64,000 nt of DNA from Candidatus Binatia bacterium (GTDB lineage Bacteria; Desulfobacterota; Binatia; UBA1149; CAITLU01). Where the stretch lies: NCBI GenBank assembly GCA_035626675.1, contig DASPNH010000125.1:17596-81595 (forward strand), given 5' to 3'. Made by a program: the position numbers and the translations under genes. Below the pieces are notes generated by a model. The model was not told where the DNA came from, searched no databases, and worked only from the letters and a program-made list of their open reading frames with translations. Positions 16,704 to 26,280 of the stretch are shown piece after piece (the stretch's first letter is position 1; the number at the start of each line of letters is the position of its first letter).

Positions 16704-18161
16704 TCAGGACGGCAGGGCGACGAAGAAGGTTGCGCCTCTGTCGGGCTCGGATTCGGCCCAAACGCTCCCGCCGTGACGGCTGAGAATGCGATGAACGATC
16801 GCCAGACCGATGCCGGTGCCTTCGATGCCCTCGTCGTCGTGGATGCGCTCGAAGCGCGCGAACAGCTTGCCGGCGAACTCGTGCGCAAAGCCGATGCCGT
16901 TGTCGCGCACGACCATCCCCGCCTGGCCCGTGGGCAGCGGCGCGACCTCGATGCGTGCTGCATCGCGGCTGCGCGTGAACTTCCATGCATTGGCGAGCAG
17001 GTGCTCGACCGCGATTCGCAGCAGGGTCGGATCGCCTCGCACGGTCAGACCCGCAGCTACCGACACATGCACGATGCGGTCGGGATCGGAGCGGCGAAGG
17101 GAAACGAGCACGGAGCTGGCCAGCGCGGAAAGGTCGACGTCTTCGACGATCATGGAGGCACGGGTCACGCGCGCCAGGGTCAGCAGGTCGTCGCCGATCA
17201 TTCCCAGCCGAACCGCCGATTCACCGATGCGTGAGAGGTAGCCGCGCCCCTGCTCCTCCAGGGCATCGCCGTACTGCTCCAGCGCAAGGTGGCTCAGGCC
17301 GTGGATCACGCGCAGCGGCACGCGCAGATCGTGGGAAATCGTCTGCGTAAAGCCTTCCAGCTCGCGATAGGCGGCTCCCAGATCGCGGTTGGTCGCCGCC
17401 AGGTCGCGGTTGGAACGTTCGAGCTCGCGATTGGCCTGCGCCAGGTCGCGGGTTCGCTCGCGGACGCGGCGCTCGAGCATCTCGTTCAAGTTGCGCAGCG
17501 CCTCGTCGGCGCGCCGCGCTTCTGCAAGCGCCTCGGTGGCAGCGCGGCGGCGGGTGCCGTCGAGCGCGGCGATGTAGATCGAGGAGCCCATCGTCATCAG
17601 GTAGGCGAAGAAGCCGTTGGCGGTGACGATGTCGGGTCCGTGATCGGAAAGCAGCGCCAGGTTGACGATCAATCCGGCCGTCAGGATCAGCGTGGCCGCG
17701 ATCTGGGTCCAGACTCCCCACGGAATCCCCGCCGCACATCCCAGACCGACCGCGACAGCCACGACCAGATGCGGTGCGAAGTCGCCGCGCATCGGACCCA
17801 TGATGGCCGAAGTCGCCGACAAGACGGCGATGCCGGCAAGACCGGCCAGGCGCGAGAGCAGAGGCGAGCGTGGCACGCGCAGGAACGCGAACAGCGAAGC
17901 GAAGGCGAGCACGCGCACCATGTCGACGGCGGCCATGCGCGCGGCGTCCGGATCCTGGCTGCGCACGTCGAGCGCGAAGAGCACGGCGGACGCCACGATC
18001 AGAAACGCGATGCCCGCTCGGCCCCGCTCCTCGATGTCAGGCAGGAGGCGCTGCTCGAGCGTGGGATCGGTGGTCAGCGAAGGCATCGCATGCGAGCCGG
18101 CCTGCGAGCGAGCCTGGCCGCCCGCTTCGACCTGTCCTGGCTCTGCAACGACCTGCTGCAC
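16704..18161 (-). CDS. Membrane-bound sensor histidine kinase (multi-TM N-terminal sensor, coiled coil, HisKA, HATPase_c); no response regulator is adjacent
   Basis: H-box TISHDLRVPLRVI. G-box GTGIGLAIVHRILSRHGGSVWAE. Several hydrophobic segments in the N-terminal half. The start may be the internal M at 18086. Confidence 0.8.
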   Translation of the reverse strand: MQQVVAEPGQVEAGGQARSQAGSHAMPSLTTDPTLEQRLLPDIEERGRAGIAFLIVASAVLFALDVRSQDPDAARMAAVDMVRVLAFASLFAFLRVPRSPLLSRLAGLAGIAVLSATSAIMGPMRGDFAPHLVVAVAVGLGCAAGIPWGVWTQIAATLILTAGLIVNLALLSDHGPDIVTANGFFAYLMTMGSSIYIAALDGTRRRAATEALAEARRADEALRNLNEMLERRVRERTRDLAQANRELERSNRDLAATNRDLGAAYRELEGFTQTISHDLRVPLRVIHGLSHLALEQYGDALEEQGRGYLSRIGESAVRLGMIGDDLLTLARVTRASMIVEDVDLSALASSVLVSLRRSDPDRIVHVSVAAGLTVRGDPTLLRIAVEHLLANAWKFTRSRDAARIEVAPLPTGQAGMVVRDNGIGFAHEFAGKLFARFERIHDDEGIEGTGIGLAIVHRILSRHGGSVWAESEPDRGATFFVALPS

Positions 18162-18419
18162 GAAGGCTAGATATTCCCACGCACCAGGTGCGGCAATCGG
18201 ATCGCGAGCTGGTGCGCCCGCTGCTCACGACGAGGTGCGGCAATGGAAGGCAGCCGCTCGGAGCCGTGGTACCAGTGTTGCGTCCTGACAATCGGAGGGC
18301 TAACGAGGATCGCGGTGCGGAGCGTTCCATCGACCGGTCCGGACAGGCTGCCAGCCTTGGCGGCCTTCGCCGCCGTCGTCGCCATCGCGCTGTCTGTCTG
18401 TGCCTGCGGAGGTTTTTCC

Positions 18420-18812
18420 ATGGACGAGACGACCATCGAGTTTCTCGACCCGCCGGGCAGGAAGGGCCTCGGCCTGCCGTTCTCCGAGGCGGTGCGTGCA
18501 GGCAATCTGCTGTTCCTGTCGGGCCAGATCGGCGTTCGTCCCGGCACCATGGCCCTGGTCGAGGGCGGCATCGGCCCCGAGACCGAGCAGACGATGGAGA
18601 ACATCCGCCAGACCCTCGAGCGCTACGGCGCCAGCCTTGCGCGCGTGGTCAAGTGCACGGTGTTCCTGTCCGACATGAAGGAATGGCGCGCGATGAACGA
18701 GGTGTACGTTCGCTACTTCCCGAACCGCCTGCCGGCTCGCAGCGCCCTCGGCAGCAGCGGCCTGGCGCTCGGCGCGCGCGTCGAGATCGAGTGCATCGCA
18801 GTGGTCGAGTAG
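18420..18812 (+). CDS. ridA: RidA/YjgF/L-PSP family protein (enamine/imine deaminase)
   Basis: MDETTIEFLDPPGRKGLGLPFSEAVRAGNLLFLSGQIGV and the C-terminal ARVEIECIAVV are typical of RidA. ATG 18420 has GGAGG 9 bp upstream. The track ORF extends to 18243 and may add a signal-peptide-like segment. Confidence 0.7.
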   Translation: MDETTIEFLDPPGRKGLGLPFSEAVRAGNLLFLSGQIGVRPGTMALVEGGIGPETEQTMENIRQTLERYGASLARVVKCTVFLSDMKEWRAMNEVYVRYFPNRLPARSALGSSGLALGARVEIECIAVVE

Positions 18813-18822
18813 GAGAGGCGTC

Positions 18823-20466
18823 ATGCCCAAGTCGAGCACGATCGGCCGCTACCTGGTCGCACGTCTGGAGCAGGCCGGGCTCGGCCACGTCTTCGGCATC
18901 CCCGGCGATTACGTGCTCGGCTTCTACGATCTTCTGGTCGCCAGCCGCATGGAGGTGATCGGCACCTGTACCGAAGCAGGCGCCGGCTTTGCGGCCGACG
19001 GCTATGCGCGCGTTCGAGGCCTCGGCGCCGTTTGCGTGACCTACTGCGTGGGCGGCCTCAATGCACTGAACGCGGTTGCCGGTGCGTACGCCGAGAAGTC
19101 GCCGCTTGTCGTCATCAGCGGCGCACCCGGCCTCGGCGAGCGCGCGCACTCGCCGCTTCTCCACCACAAGGTTCGCGACTTTCATACCCAGCGCCAGATC
19201 TACGAGAAGGTCACGGTGGCGGCATACTCGCTCGAGGACGCGAAATCGGCCCCGCAGCAGATCGACGACGCCCTTCACGAGTGCATGCGCCAGAAGCGTC
19301 CCGTCTATCTCGAGCTCCCGCGCGACATGGTCGAGGCGCGCTGCCAGAGCCCCGGCGAGTTCGCCAAACCCGAGCCGGTAAGCGATCCGGCCGTGCTCGA
19401 AGAGCTCATGGCCGAGACGGTGGCGATGCTGCGCAACGCGCAGCGGCCGATCATCCTGGCCGGTGTCGAAGTGCATCGTTTCGGACTGCAGGAGGAGCTG
19501 GTGGCGCTGGTGGAGCGTACCGGGTTCCCGGTCGCCTCGACGATCCTCGGCAAGTCGGTCATCTCCGAGATGCACCCGCAGTATCTCGGCATCTACGAAG
19601 GCGCGATGGGGCGCGAGGAGGTCCGCGTGGCGGTCGAGGGAGCCGACTGCGTCCTGATCCTCGGCGCCTTCATGACCGACATCAACCTGGGCATCTACAC
19701 CGCCAACCTCGACTTGGAGCGCACGATCAACGTCAACTCCGAGCGCGCATCGATCAAGCGCCATCACTTCGACGAGGTCGTGCTCGGCGACTTCATCCGC
19801 GCGCTGACGGCGGCCGATCTGGGCCAGCGCCGCAGCGGCATCATCGCCAGCGCAGCCGAAGCGGCCGGCGCCAAACCGTGGCATGCCAAAGCGGACGAGG
19901 CCATGACCGTGCGGCGTTTCTTCGAGCGTCTCAATCATTTTCTCGAGGACGGCGACGTCGTGGTAGCCGACGTCGGCGATTCGCTCTTCGGCGCAGCCGA
20001 CCTGGTCATCCGGCACCGCACCGACTTTCTGAGCCCTGCCTACTACACGTCGATGGGATTCGCGGTGCCCGCGGCCATCGGCGCGCAGGTGGCGCGGCGC
20101 GACTCGCGCGCCATCGTCGTCGTGGGCGACGGCGCCTTCCAGATGACGGGGCATGAGCTGTCGACGGCGGCGAAGCTCGGGCTCAATCCCATCGTGGTCG
20201 TGCTCAACAACCAGGGCTACACCACTGAGCGCTTCATCCGCGAAGGCCCCTACAACGACATCCACGACTGGGCCTACCACCTCATCCCGCAGCTCCTGCG
20301 CCAGGGCCAGGGCATCGAGGTACGTACCGAGGGCGAGCTGGAAGAGGCGCTGGAAAAAGCTCGCGCCAACACGGCCTCGCTGTCCCTCCTGAACGTCCAT
20401 CTCGACAAGATGGATACGTCCAAGGCGCTGGAGCGTCTGGCTCGGCGGCTGGGCGAGCGCGCGTAG
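18823..20466 (+). CDS. Thiamine-diphosphate-dependent alpha-keto-acid decarboxylase (pyruvate/indolepyruvate/phenylpyruvate decarboxylase family)
   Basis: N-terminal TPP-enzyme motif GHVFGIPGDYVLGFYD. C-terminal GDG...N TPP-binding fingerprint VVVGDGAFQMTGHELSTAAKLGLNPIVVVLNNQGY. 547 aa. Confidence 0.85.
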   Translation: MPKSSTIGRYLVARLEQAGLGHVFGIPGDYVLGFYDLLVASRMEVIGTCTEAGAGFAADGYARVRGLGAVCVTYCVGGLNALNAVAGAYAEKSPLVVISGAPGLGERAHSPLLHHKVRDFHTQRQIYEKVTVAAYSLEDAKSAPQQIDDALHECMRQKRPVYLELPRDMVEARCQSPGEFAKPEPVSDPAVLEELMAETVAMLRNAQRPIILAGVEVHRFGLQEELVALVERTGFPVASTILGKSVISEMHPQYLGIYEGAMGREEVRVAVEGADCVLILGAFMTDINLGIYTANLDLERTINVNSERASIKRHHFDEVVLGDFIRALTAADLGQRRSGIIASAAEAAGAKPWHAKADEAMTVRRFFERLNHFLEDGDVVVADVGDSLFGAADLVIRHRTDFLSPAYYTSMGFAVPAAIGAQVARRDSRAIVVVGDGAFQMTGHELSTAAKLGLNPIVVVLNNQGYTTERFIREGPYNDIHDWAYHLIPQLLRQGQGIEVRTEGELEEALEKARANTASLSLLNVHLDKMDTSKALERLARRLGERA

Positions 20467-20769
20467 GAACTGCGAAGGCGACACCCTCAACTCCGGCATC
20501 GTCGATGCGCTCGCGACGGTCTGGAGACGAGACCTGCGCCTTCACCTCTGCCCGCGCAGAAACAGCGGCATTGGCGACCCGCGGGATGGGCGGCGATGGC
20601 CTCGCACTGGGTACAAACCGCGGGCTGCGGGGGGCGAAGCCGTCGAGCGTTCACTCATGGGTTCCCGCTGACGTCGAGCCCCAGCTTCGCCTCCGCCGGC
20701 GACACCGGGCGCTGCATGTAGTCGAAATCGCTTGCGCGAGTTTCTTTCCCAGGCCAGACAAGCCGGCGC

Positions 20770-21222
20770 ATGGCTCGCGGCGTCAAACCCATCCCCGACG
20801 GATTTCGCAGCATCACGCCCTACCTGATGGTGGAGGACGCGGATGCTCTCATCGGATTCTTGAAGAAGGCCTTCGGCGCCAAGGAGATCCAGCGCTCCAC
20901 GCGGCCCGACGGCTTGATCGCACATGCTGCCGTCCGCATCGGCGACTCGATGGTCGAAGTCGCCGATCCGCAGGGCGAGTGGCAGGCGATGCCGGGCTCG
21001 GTTCATCTGTACGTCGGCGACACCGACAGCGTATACAAGCGCGCGCTCGCGGCCGGAGCGGTATCGCTGTTCGAACCGGTCGACATGTTCCATGGCGAGC
21101 GCGGCGCGGCAGTGCGCGATCCCTGCGGCAATCACTGGTACATCTCCACGCGCATCGAGATGCTGACACCCGAAGAGCTGGAGCGGCGCGAGACTGCGCA
21201 CTATCGGCAGCACGCGCACTGA
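20770..21222 (+). CDS. VOC-family (glyoxalase/bleomycin-resistance/PhnB-like) protein
   Basis: ITPYLMVEDADALIGFLKKAFGAKE is the typical N-terminus of the PhnB/VOC family. 150 aa. Confidence 0.75.
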   Translation: MARGVKPIPDGFRSITPYLMVEDADALIGFLKKAFGAKEIQRSTRPDGLIAHAAVRIGDSMVEVADPQGEWQAMPGSVHLYVGDTDSVYKRALAAGAVSLFEPVDMFHGERGAAVRDPCGNHWYISTRIEMLTPEELERRETAHYRQHAH

Positions 21223-21235
21223 AAGGGAGGCTTCG

Positions 21236-21721
21236 ATGGGCCAGACCGACGTGCCCGATGTCGCGCGTATTCTCTTGCCGGTCCTGGCTCGCGTCGACGA
21301 ACGCGACCGGCCGCTGCTGCTCGCGATCGCCGAGCGCATGGCGGCCGAGCGCTACCGCTCGTGGGCGGGCGCAGCTGCAAACGGCTATGACCGCGACCGA
21401 CTGCTGGCCTGCGCCGACCGTGAGGACGAGATCGCATCGCGCGTCGAGGCGCTCCGGCCCGATCACGAAGACGTACAGGCGCGCATCCACCAGACGGTTC
21501 CCGACCTGGCCGGCCTGACGCGAAACGTGTTCGAGCCACACCCGTGGCAGACGCAGTTCGCCATCCAGGCCCAGGGCGAGCGCCTTGGCGCCGCGACCTG
21601 GCGCGCACTTGCTCCGCTGCAATCGACGGCCGAGGCGCGCGAGGCGATGCTCGAATGCGCCAGGCTGGAGGAGGCGAGCGCGCAAGTGCTCGAATCGATC
21701 CTGGCCGAGCATCGCGTGTAA
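21236..21721 (+). CDS. Hypothetical protein (predicted all-alpha)
   Basis: It starts 14 bp after the VOC gene stop. High GC3. No recognisable motif. Confidence 0.45.
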   Translation: MGQTDVPDVARILLPVLARVDERDRPLLLAIAERMAAERYRSWAGAAANGYDRDRLLACADREDEIASRVEALRPDHEDVQARIHQTVPDLAGLTRNVFEPHPWQTQFAIQAQGERLGAATWRALAPLQSTAEAREAMLECARLEEASAQVLESILAEHRV

Positions 21722-21939
21722 ATTCGCACGACGGGCTCGGCGCCGCTGCGCCCGTCTGCACTCGGCGCCGGGTGCGCCTCTGGCACGGCGCTCGAGTGAT
21801 CGCGCCCCCCGATGGTGCCGATGATCTGGGCCTGGACTCTTCACCGATCGCCAAGGTGCCTCTAGACTGGTCGCGCAGGTTCTCAACGAACAACGTCGCG
21901 TCGCCACTATCGCGTGGTGCGCTCGCAGGTGGCTCCTGA

Positions 21940-23685
21940 ATGGCAACCTCTCCACTCGCACTCGTTCTGCGATTCATGATGCGCTACCCCTGGCGCGTCG
22001 CTGCCGGCCTGACGATGGCTGCCGCGGGCACGGGCCTCGGGTTCGTCTTTCCCGGCGTCACGCGCTGGTTCCTGGACGACATCATCCCGAGCGGCGATCC
22101 CTCGCGCATCCTGCCTGCGGTGGCGCTGGCACTGGGGGCGATGGCGCTGCGGCAGTTCTTCTACGCACTGCGCACCCTCGCCAACAATGCCTTCGAGCTG
22201 CGCATGACCTACGACCTGCGAAGCTGCCTGCACAACAAGATCCAGCATCTGCCGCTGAAGTGGTTCGACCGCCAGACCACCGGCGACATCCTCATGCGCA
22301 TGTCCACCGACGTGCCGGCCACGCAGCGCGTGGTCATCGAGGGAATCGACCAGACCGTGCCGGCGCTGCTGCAAATCGTCATCACGCTCGGCGTGATGCT
22401 GTGGCTCCACCCGATGCTGGCGCTGGTGACGATGATCCCGGTTCCGTTCATCGCGGCAGGCGGCTGGATCTACACGCGCTGGGTTCAGCCGCGTGCGGAC
22501 GAGGCACGCGAGTCGGCGGGAAGCCTGAGCGCGCTCCTGCACGACAACATCGCCGGAATCCATCAGATCAAGACCTACACGCTGGAGCCGGAGAAGCAGC
22601 ACGCCTTCGACGAGTCGAGCATGGCCTACCGCAGGCAGCAGACGCGGCTGCAGCGGGCATGGGCGATCTATGGCCCGAGCATGGGATTCCTCGGCGACAT
22701 GGGCCTGATCCTGCTGATCGGATTCGGCTCCTACTGGTGCATCACCAAGGAGATCACCGTCGGCCAGCTGGTGCAGTTCCTGATGCTGCTGGCGATGCTG
22801 TACGAGCCCATAGGCCGGCTGCATACGCTCAGCACCAGTCTCATCAACGGCCTGATCGCGGCGCCTCGGGTCTTCGAGATCATCCACATGGAAGAGAGCG
22901 AGGACCTGCAAAGCGGCCGCCATCTGGAGAACCCGCGCGGCGAGATCCGCTTCGCCGACGTCAGCTTCCGCTACGACGAGCGACGCCCGATCATCCGCAA
23001 CCTGGACATGCTGGTGAAGCCGCAGCACACGGTCGCCATCGTAGGCGCCACCGGTGCGGGAAAGAGCACGATCTTCCAGCTGCTGACGCGCCTGTACGAC
23101 CCGGAGAGCGGCGAAATCTATCTGGACGGCGTGCCCACGCGCGAGTACAGCAAAGCCAGCCTGCGCGACAACATCGGCTACGTCTCGCAGGACAGCTACA
23201 TGTTCAACACGACCGTTCGCGAGAACCTGCTGCTCGGGAAGTTCGAAGCCACCGACGAGGAGCTGTGGGAAGCCCTGCATGCGGCGTCTGCCGCCGAGTT
23301 CGTCGAGCGCCTCGACGGCAAGCTCGATGCCGAAGTCGGCGAGCGCGGCAGTCATCTCAGTGGCGGCGAACGGCAGCGCCTGTCCATCGCGCGCTCGTTC
23401 CTGAAGAACGCGCCGATCCTGCTCCTGGACGAGGCGACCAGCGCCGTGGACGCCAAGAGCGAGAAGCTGATCCAGAATGCGCTCAAGAAGCTGCGACAGA
23501 ACCGGACGTGTCTGATCATCGCGCACCGCCTGAGCACGATCCGCGACGCGGACCAGATCTACGTGCTACGCCATGGTCAGGTGCTGGCGCACGGCACGCA
23601 CGACGAGCTGATCCGCAGCAACGAATACTACGCCGAGCTGGCGCGCATCAGCTTCGGGTTCTCGCAGCAGGATCAGGCGGCGTAG
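21940..23685 (+). CDS. ABC transporter, fused permease/ATP-binding protein (MsbA-like exporter)
   Basis: Six TM helices at the N-terminus. Walker A GATGAGKST. ABC signature LSGGERQRLSIARSF. Walker B ILLLDEATSAVD. Confidence 0.9.
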   Translation: MATSPLALVLRFMMRYPWRVAAGLTMAAAGTGLGFVFPGVTRWFLDDIIPSGDPSRILPAVALALGAMALRQFFYALRTLANNAFELRMTYDLRSCLHNKIQHLPLKWFDRQTTGDILMRMSTDVPATQRVVIEGIDQTVPALLQIVITLGVMLWLHPMLALVTMIPVPFIAAGGWIYTRWVQPRADEARESAGSLSALLHDNIAGIHQIKTYTLEPEKQHAFDESSMAYRRQQTRLQRAWAIYGPSMGFLGDMGLILLIGFGSYWCITKEITVGQLVQFLMLLAMLYEPIGRLHTLSTSLINGLIAAPRVFEIIHMEESEDLQSGRHLENPRGEIRFADVSFRYDERRPIIRNLDMLVKPQHTVAIVGATGAGKSTIFQLLTRLYDPESGEIYLDGVPTREYSKASLRDNIGYVSQDSYMFNTTVRENLLLGKFEATDEELWEALHAASAAEFVERLDGKLDAEVGERGSHLSGGERQRLSIARSFLKNAPILLLDEATSAVDAKSEKLIQNALKKLRQNRTCLIIAHRLSTIRDADQIYVLRHGQVLAHGTHDELIRSNEYYAELARISFGFSQQDQAA

Positions 23686-23728
23686 GAAACGGCGGGTCGC
23701 AAGGGTCCGCTTCGATTTCGCTGTCGCA

Positions 23729-24214
23729 TCAGGCGGGCTCGAGAATCAGTACCGGAATGTCGCGCGTGGTCCTGCTCTGATAGTCGCCGTAGTCGGGATA
23801 CATCCTGCACAGGTCCGGCCAGTAGCGGGCCTTCTCTTCGGCCGATCCGCGCCGTGCGCGCATCTTGCGTCTGACCGAGCCGATCTCGACCTCGACGTTC
23901 GGATTGGCCGCGACGTTGGCCACCCACAGCGGATCCTTCGACATGCCGCCCTGCGAGCCGACGATGATGATGCGCTCGCCGTCGCGCAGGTAGAGCAGCG
24001 GTACGGTGCGAGGCTGTCCCGACTTGCGGCCGATCGTGGTCATCAGCATGACCGGCGCGCCGTACATCCACCTGGCGCCGAGACGGCCGCCGCTGGCGCG
24101 ATACATCCACGTATTGACCGCCGACATCACGCGGATGATCGGCTTGGCGATCTTCTCCTGTGTCGGCGTGAAAGGCTTGGGCGGGGTCTTGGCGGCTGAA
24201 GTCATGGATCTCAA
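23729..24214 (-). CDS. Deazaflavin (F420)-dependent nitroreductase/quinone-reductase family protein (DDN-like)
   Basis: Motifs NTWMYRASGGRLGARWMYGAPVMLMTTIGRKSGQPRTVPLLYL...EKARYWPDLCRMYPDYGDYQSRTTRDIPVLILEP fit the F420H2-dependent quinone reductase family closely. Confidence 0.8.
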   Translation of the reverse strand: MRSMTSAAKTPPKPFTPTQEKIAKPIIRVMSAVNTWMYRASGGRLGARWMYGAPVMLMTTIGRKSGQPRTVPLLYLRDGERIIIVGSQGGMSKDPLWVANVAANPNVEVEIGSVRRKMRARRGSAEEKARYWPDLCRMYPDYGDYQSRTTRDIPVLILEPA

Positions 24215-24340
24215 TGCGTTCTGGCTCTGGGGTCGTATGGGAAAGAGCCTGCAGTGTCGGCGCGGGGTGAAGCGATGGAGACGCGTGAAGGCCGTTGTCC
24301 CGTTGGCGGTACATATGACCAGGAATGGGATGTTCCGGTA

Positions 24341-26158
24341 TCATGCCAGAGCCCGTCGAGACGCGAGCTCTTTTGCGGCAAGCGCGCGGATATCGCCTCC
24401 TATCTCCACGTCCTCGTCGAAAGCATGCACGGTTGGCGGACCTCCAGGGCCGAAATCGGCGCGGACACCGCGGATCGGCGTAAATACGGGTTCCTTTGCG
24501 GGGATATACAACACCTCGAGTCTGGTCAGAAGGTCCTCCGATACGAACGTTGCAGAACGTCGCAGGGTGGCTGCGATCGATGCTGCGATCGAAGCTCGTT
24601 GCCAAAGGAACTGCTCGTCCTGACACATGTCGATGATCTGAGGGAGCCATTTGGCCGGATCGATGCTCGCCAATGCCCCGAAGGCTGCCCATCTGGTCTC
24701 GTGATTCTGTGTCAGCCTGCGGATCGCCGGAACTGCGTCGAGGTCACGGATGAGCGCCAGTACGGACAGGCAATGGTGCACCGTATTCTGCGACGAATAG
24801 TGTATGGGACCGTTTACGAAGCTGTTCAGTCTCGTCAACAACGCGGGAGTTGCGGCAACTCCGATACCGACCAATGCATCATGAGCTTCACGGACCTCGA
24901 GCGAAGCCACGAGGGCCGAGATCGCCAATTCGTTTCCGATTTTCACGAGGATCACGGCAGCAGGTGTGTAGCCCTGGTGAAGAGCCCTGACCAGAACTGA
25001 CATGACGCGCGGATCGTCATGGTCTAGCCGTTCCAATTGATCCGAAAGGATATCCATCAGGATTCGGTCATCGTCCTCAATGCATTCGTGACCGAGTGAC
25101 GACAGGGCGCGTGCCGCAGCGATTCGCACCCTCCATTGATCAAAATGATTGCAGTAGCCGCGACCGCGCATCGCCGCGATGAGACCAGCGATCGAAGCTT
25201 TCGTGCGGAAGAGTTTCAGGCCTTCGATGGCTATGAGACGAGCTTGCTCTTCGGCCAGCGGTTCGCACGCCAGAGTCGCCAATGGAGGTACTGCAGATGT
25301 CGATCCTGTGTTGGCCAGCGCAACGGCGATCTCCACACTGTGGTGGCCGCAGCGGATTGCGCAGGTCAATGGCTCGACGGCAGCTTCCCCCAGCGCCCCG
25401 GCAGCCAACCATTCCTGTTTCGAGACATGATACAGCGCCTTCTCCGCATTCGATTCTGGTCTCCAGCCAAGGTGCTCGAGCGCCTCGCATGCGAGCTTCC
25501 GGTCGAAGTGAGAGGAATCCTCGTACAACCTCAGCAGTGGTGCGATCGCCGCCGGGTCGCCGATATCTCTCAAGCCATTGATGGCGAGAGCGTGCATGTT
25601 GCCAAAACGGCGGTCGAGGAGACTGATCAAGAAGTGCAACGTCGGTGGTGAAGCGATTTTCGCCAGTGTTTCCGCAGCATGGAACCATCGCTTTGTCAGC
25701 TGCGTGGCGTTGTGTCGGTAGAGGTTCTTTCCAGCTTCGCCTTCGACTATTTGCAACAGCGTCGGCACGCATACGGCGCCAAGGTCCACCAGGGTTCGCC
25801 ATCGGCCGTTGGCAACCAGAGAGAGTACTCGCTCCGAATCAGTCGATGGCTGCCAACCGCAGGCTTCGAGCGCGTGGATGACGGAATCCTGAAGGTCTTC
25901 GGCCAGCAGTGCCAGTTTCAGCGAAGGAATGGCTGCCGGATCGCTTATCCTGTGCAAGGCCGCGACGATCGCCTTTCGGGTTTTAGGGTGCGTCGTGCTC
26001 TGGAGAAGGTAGCACAGTGGCTGGACACCCTCACGACGGCGAAGCTCGCCGAGTTTGTCGACAGCGCCAACGCGAATGTCGATGTTTCGTGATTTCAACC
26101 GACGTGCATGCCATCGCACGCGAAGGCGGGTTAGTGTATCTAGTCCCGAATCGTTCAC
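24341..26158 (-). CDS. HEAT-repeat (PBS-lyase-type) protein, 605 aa, encoded in a lower-GC gene
   Basis: Repeated ...AA.ALG.IGDP.AI..L..LL units. Codon usage is visibly richer in A/T-ending codons than in the flanking genes. Confidence 0.7.
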   Translation of the reverse strand: MNDSGLDTLTRLRVRWHARRLKSRNIDIRVGAVDKLGELRRREGVQPLCYLLQSTTHPKTRKAIVAALHRISDPAAIPSLKLALLAEDLQDSVIHALEACGWQPSTDSERVLSLVANGRWRTLVDLGAVCVPTLLQIVEGEAGKNLYRHNATQLTKRWFHAAETLAKIASPPTLHFLISLLDRRFGNMHALAINGLRDIGDPAAIAPLLRLYEDSSHFDRKLACEALEHLGWRPESNAEKALYHVSKQEWLAAGALGEAAVEPLTCAIRCGHHSVEIAVALANTGSTSAVPPLATLACEPLAEEQARLIAIEGLKLFRTKASIAGLIAAMRGRGYCNHFDQWRVRIAAARALSSLGHECIEDDDRILMDILSDQLERLDHDDPRVMSVLVRALHQGYTPAAVILVKIGNELAISALVASLEVREAHDALVGIGVAATPALLTRLNSFVNGPIHYSSQNTVHHCLSVLALIRDLDAVPAIRRLTQNHETRWAAFGALASIDPAKWLPQIIDMCQDEQFLWQRASIAASIAATLRRSATFVSEDLLTRLEVLYIPAKEPVFTPIRGVRADFGPGGPPTVHAFDEDVEIGGDIRALAAKELASRRALA

Positions 26159-26280
26159 TCATAACCTCGAGAAAGAACCAGGGTCGGGTCGATGACGAAA
26201 GGCGCAGGTGCATTGCACGTCCGTTCGGTTGCCGTGGCGTCACGCACGTCTCGAGCCCGAATGATTCCGGCAACTCGCCG

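Noticed and set aside
18243-18419. Longer RidA ORF with a possible lipoprotein signal peptide
   Set aside because: The internal ATG at 18420 has a GGAGG RBS and gives a canonical-length RidA (130 aa). The upstream segment has no convincing lipobox, so it is kept only as an alternative.
24341-26158. Mobile element or integrated island around the low-GC HEAT gene
   Set aside because: No integrase, transposase, tRNA target or flanking direct repeats could be found. Only the compositional anomaly is reported.
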